A DNA stretch of 24,000 bases from Thermodesulfitimonas autotrophica (GTDB lineage Bacteria > Bacillota > Desulfotomaculia > Desulfotomaculales > Ammonificaceae): positions 46,460 through 70,459 of the forward strand of contig NZ_RKRE01000001.1 in the NCBI RefSeq assembly GCF_003815015.1, written 5' to 3'. The position numbers were made by a program, and so were the translations under genes. Every line of letters begins with the position of its first letter. Position 1 is the stretch's first letter. The notes below the pieces were generated by a model that was not told the DNA's origin, did no database searches, and was given only the letters and a program-made list of their open reading frames with translations. Shown here one piece after another: positions 23,969 to 24,000 of the stretch.

Positions 23969-24000
23969 CGGCCCCCCGGAATCCCTTAAAGCCGTTGGCT

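Noticed and set aside
1-24000. Scan for CRISPR arrays, tRNA or rRNA genes, transposases, integrases, inverted terminal repeats and phage or defence genes.
   Set aside because: I found none. The only repeated DNA is the diverged hdrCB duplication and the short ACGTT and CGCCTGCGAA motifs already reported. No direct repeats flank the hdr/mvh block that would mark a recent mobile insertion.

Overview
GC-rich (~60%) chromosomal segment that looks like a thermophilic, anaerobic, endospore-forming Firmicute (Peptococcaceae or Thermoanaerobacterales-like); the taxon is inferred from gene content only. The backbone is the conserved Firmicute neighbourhood spoIIIAG-spoIIIAH ... accB/accC-asp23-nusB-folD-xseA-xseB-ispA-dxs-tlyA.

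Three things stand out:

1. A 9-gene minus-strand block (782-9540) sits between spoIIIAH and the accBC-equivalent locus. It encodes a cytoplasmic electron-bifurcation-type complex: hdrA-hdrC-hdrB-mvhD-mvhG-mvhA, then a hydrogenase maturation protease, then a second diverged hdrC-hdrB pair.

2. The accB position holds one ORF that joins a pyruvate/oxaloacetate carboxyltransferase domain in frame to a complete AccB-like biotin carrier. The carrier part keeps its own Shine-Dalgarno and ATG.

3. Between ispA and dxs lies a ~600-nt stretch with no credible ORF and dense base-pairing, closed by a 16-bp long-range helix. A small polytopic membrane-protein gene follows it. Size, structure and synteny match OLE (ornate large extremophilic) RNA plus oapA, a known RNA class whose biochemical function is still unresolved.

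Smaller oddities:
- A structured 272-nt spacer inside the hydrogenase operon, with mutually exclusive helices.
- An ACGTT-repeat leader shared by two unrelated TTG-initiated genes.
- Apparent AACGTT enrichment in intergenic DNA.
- xseA and xseB separated by folD-fchA and a DUF4416-like gene.

I saw no CRISPR arrays, tRNA or rRNA genes, or mobile elements. All calls come from reading the translations and sequence by eye; no database search was run.
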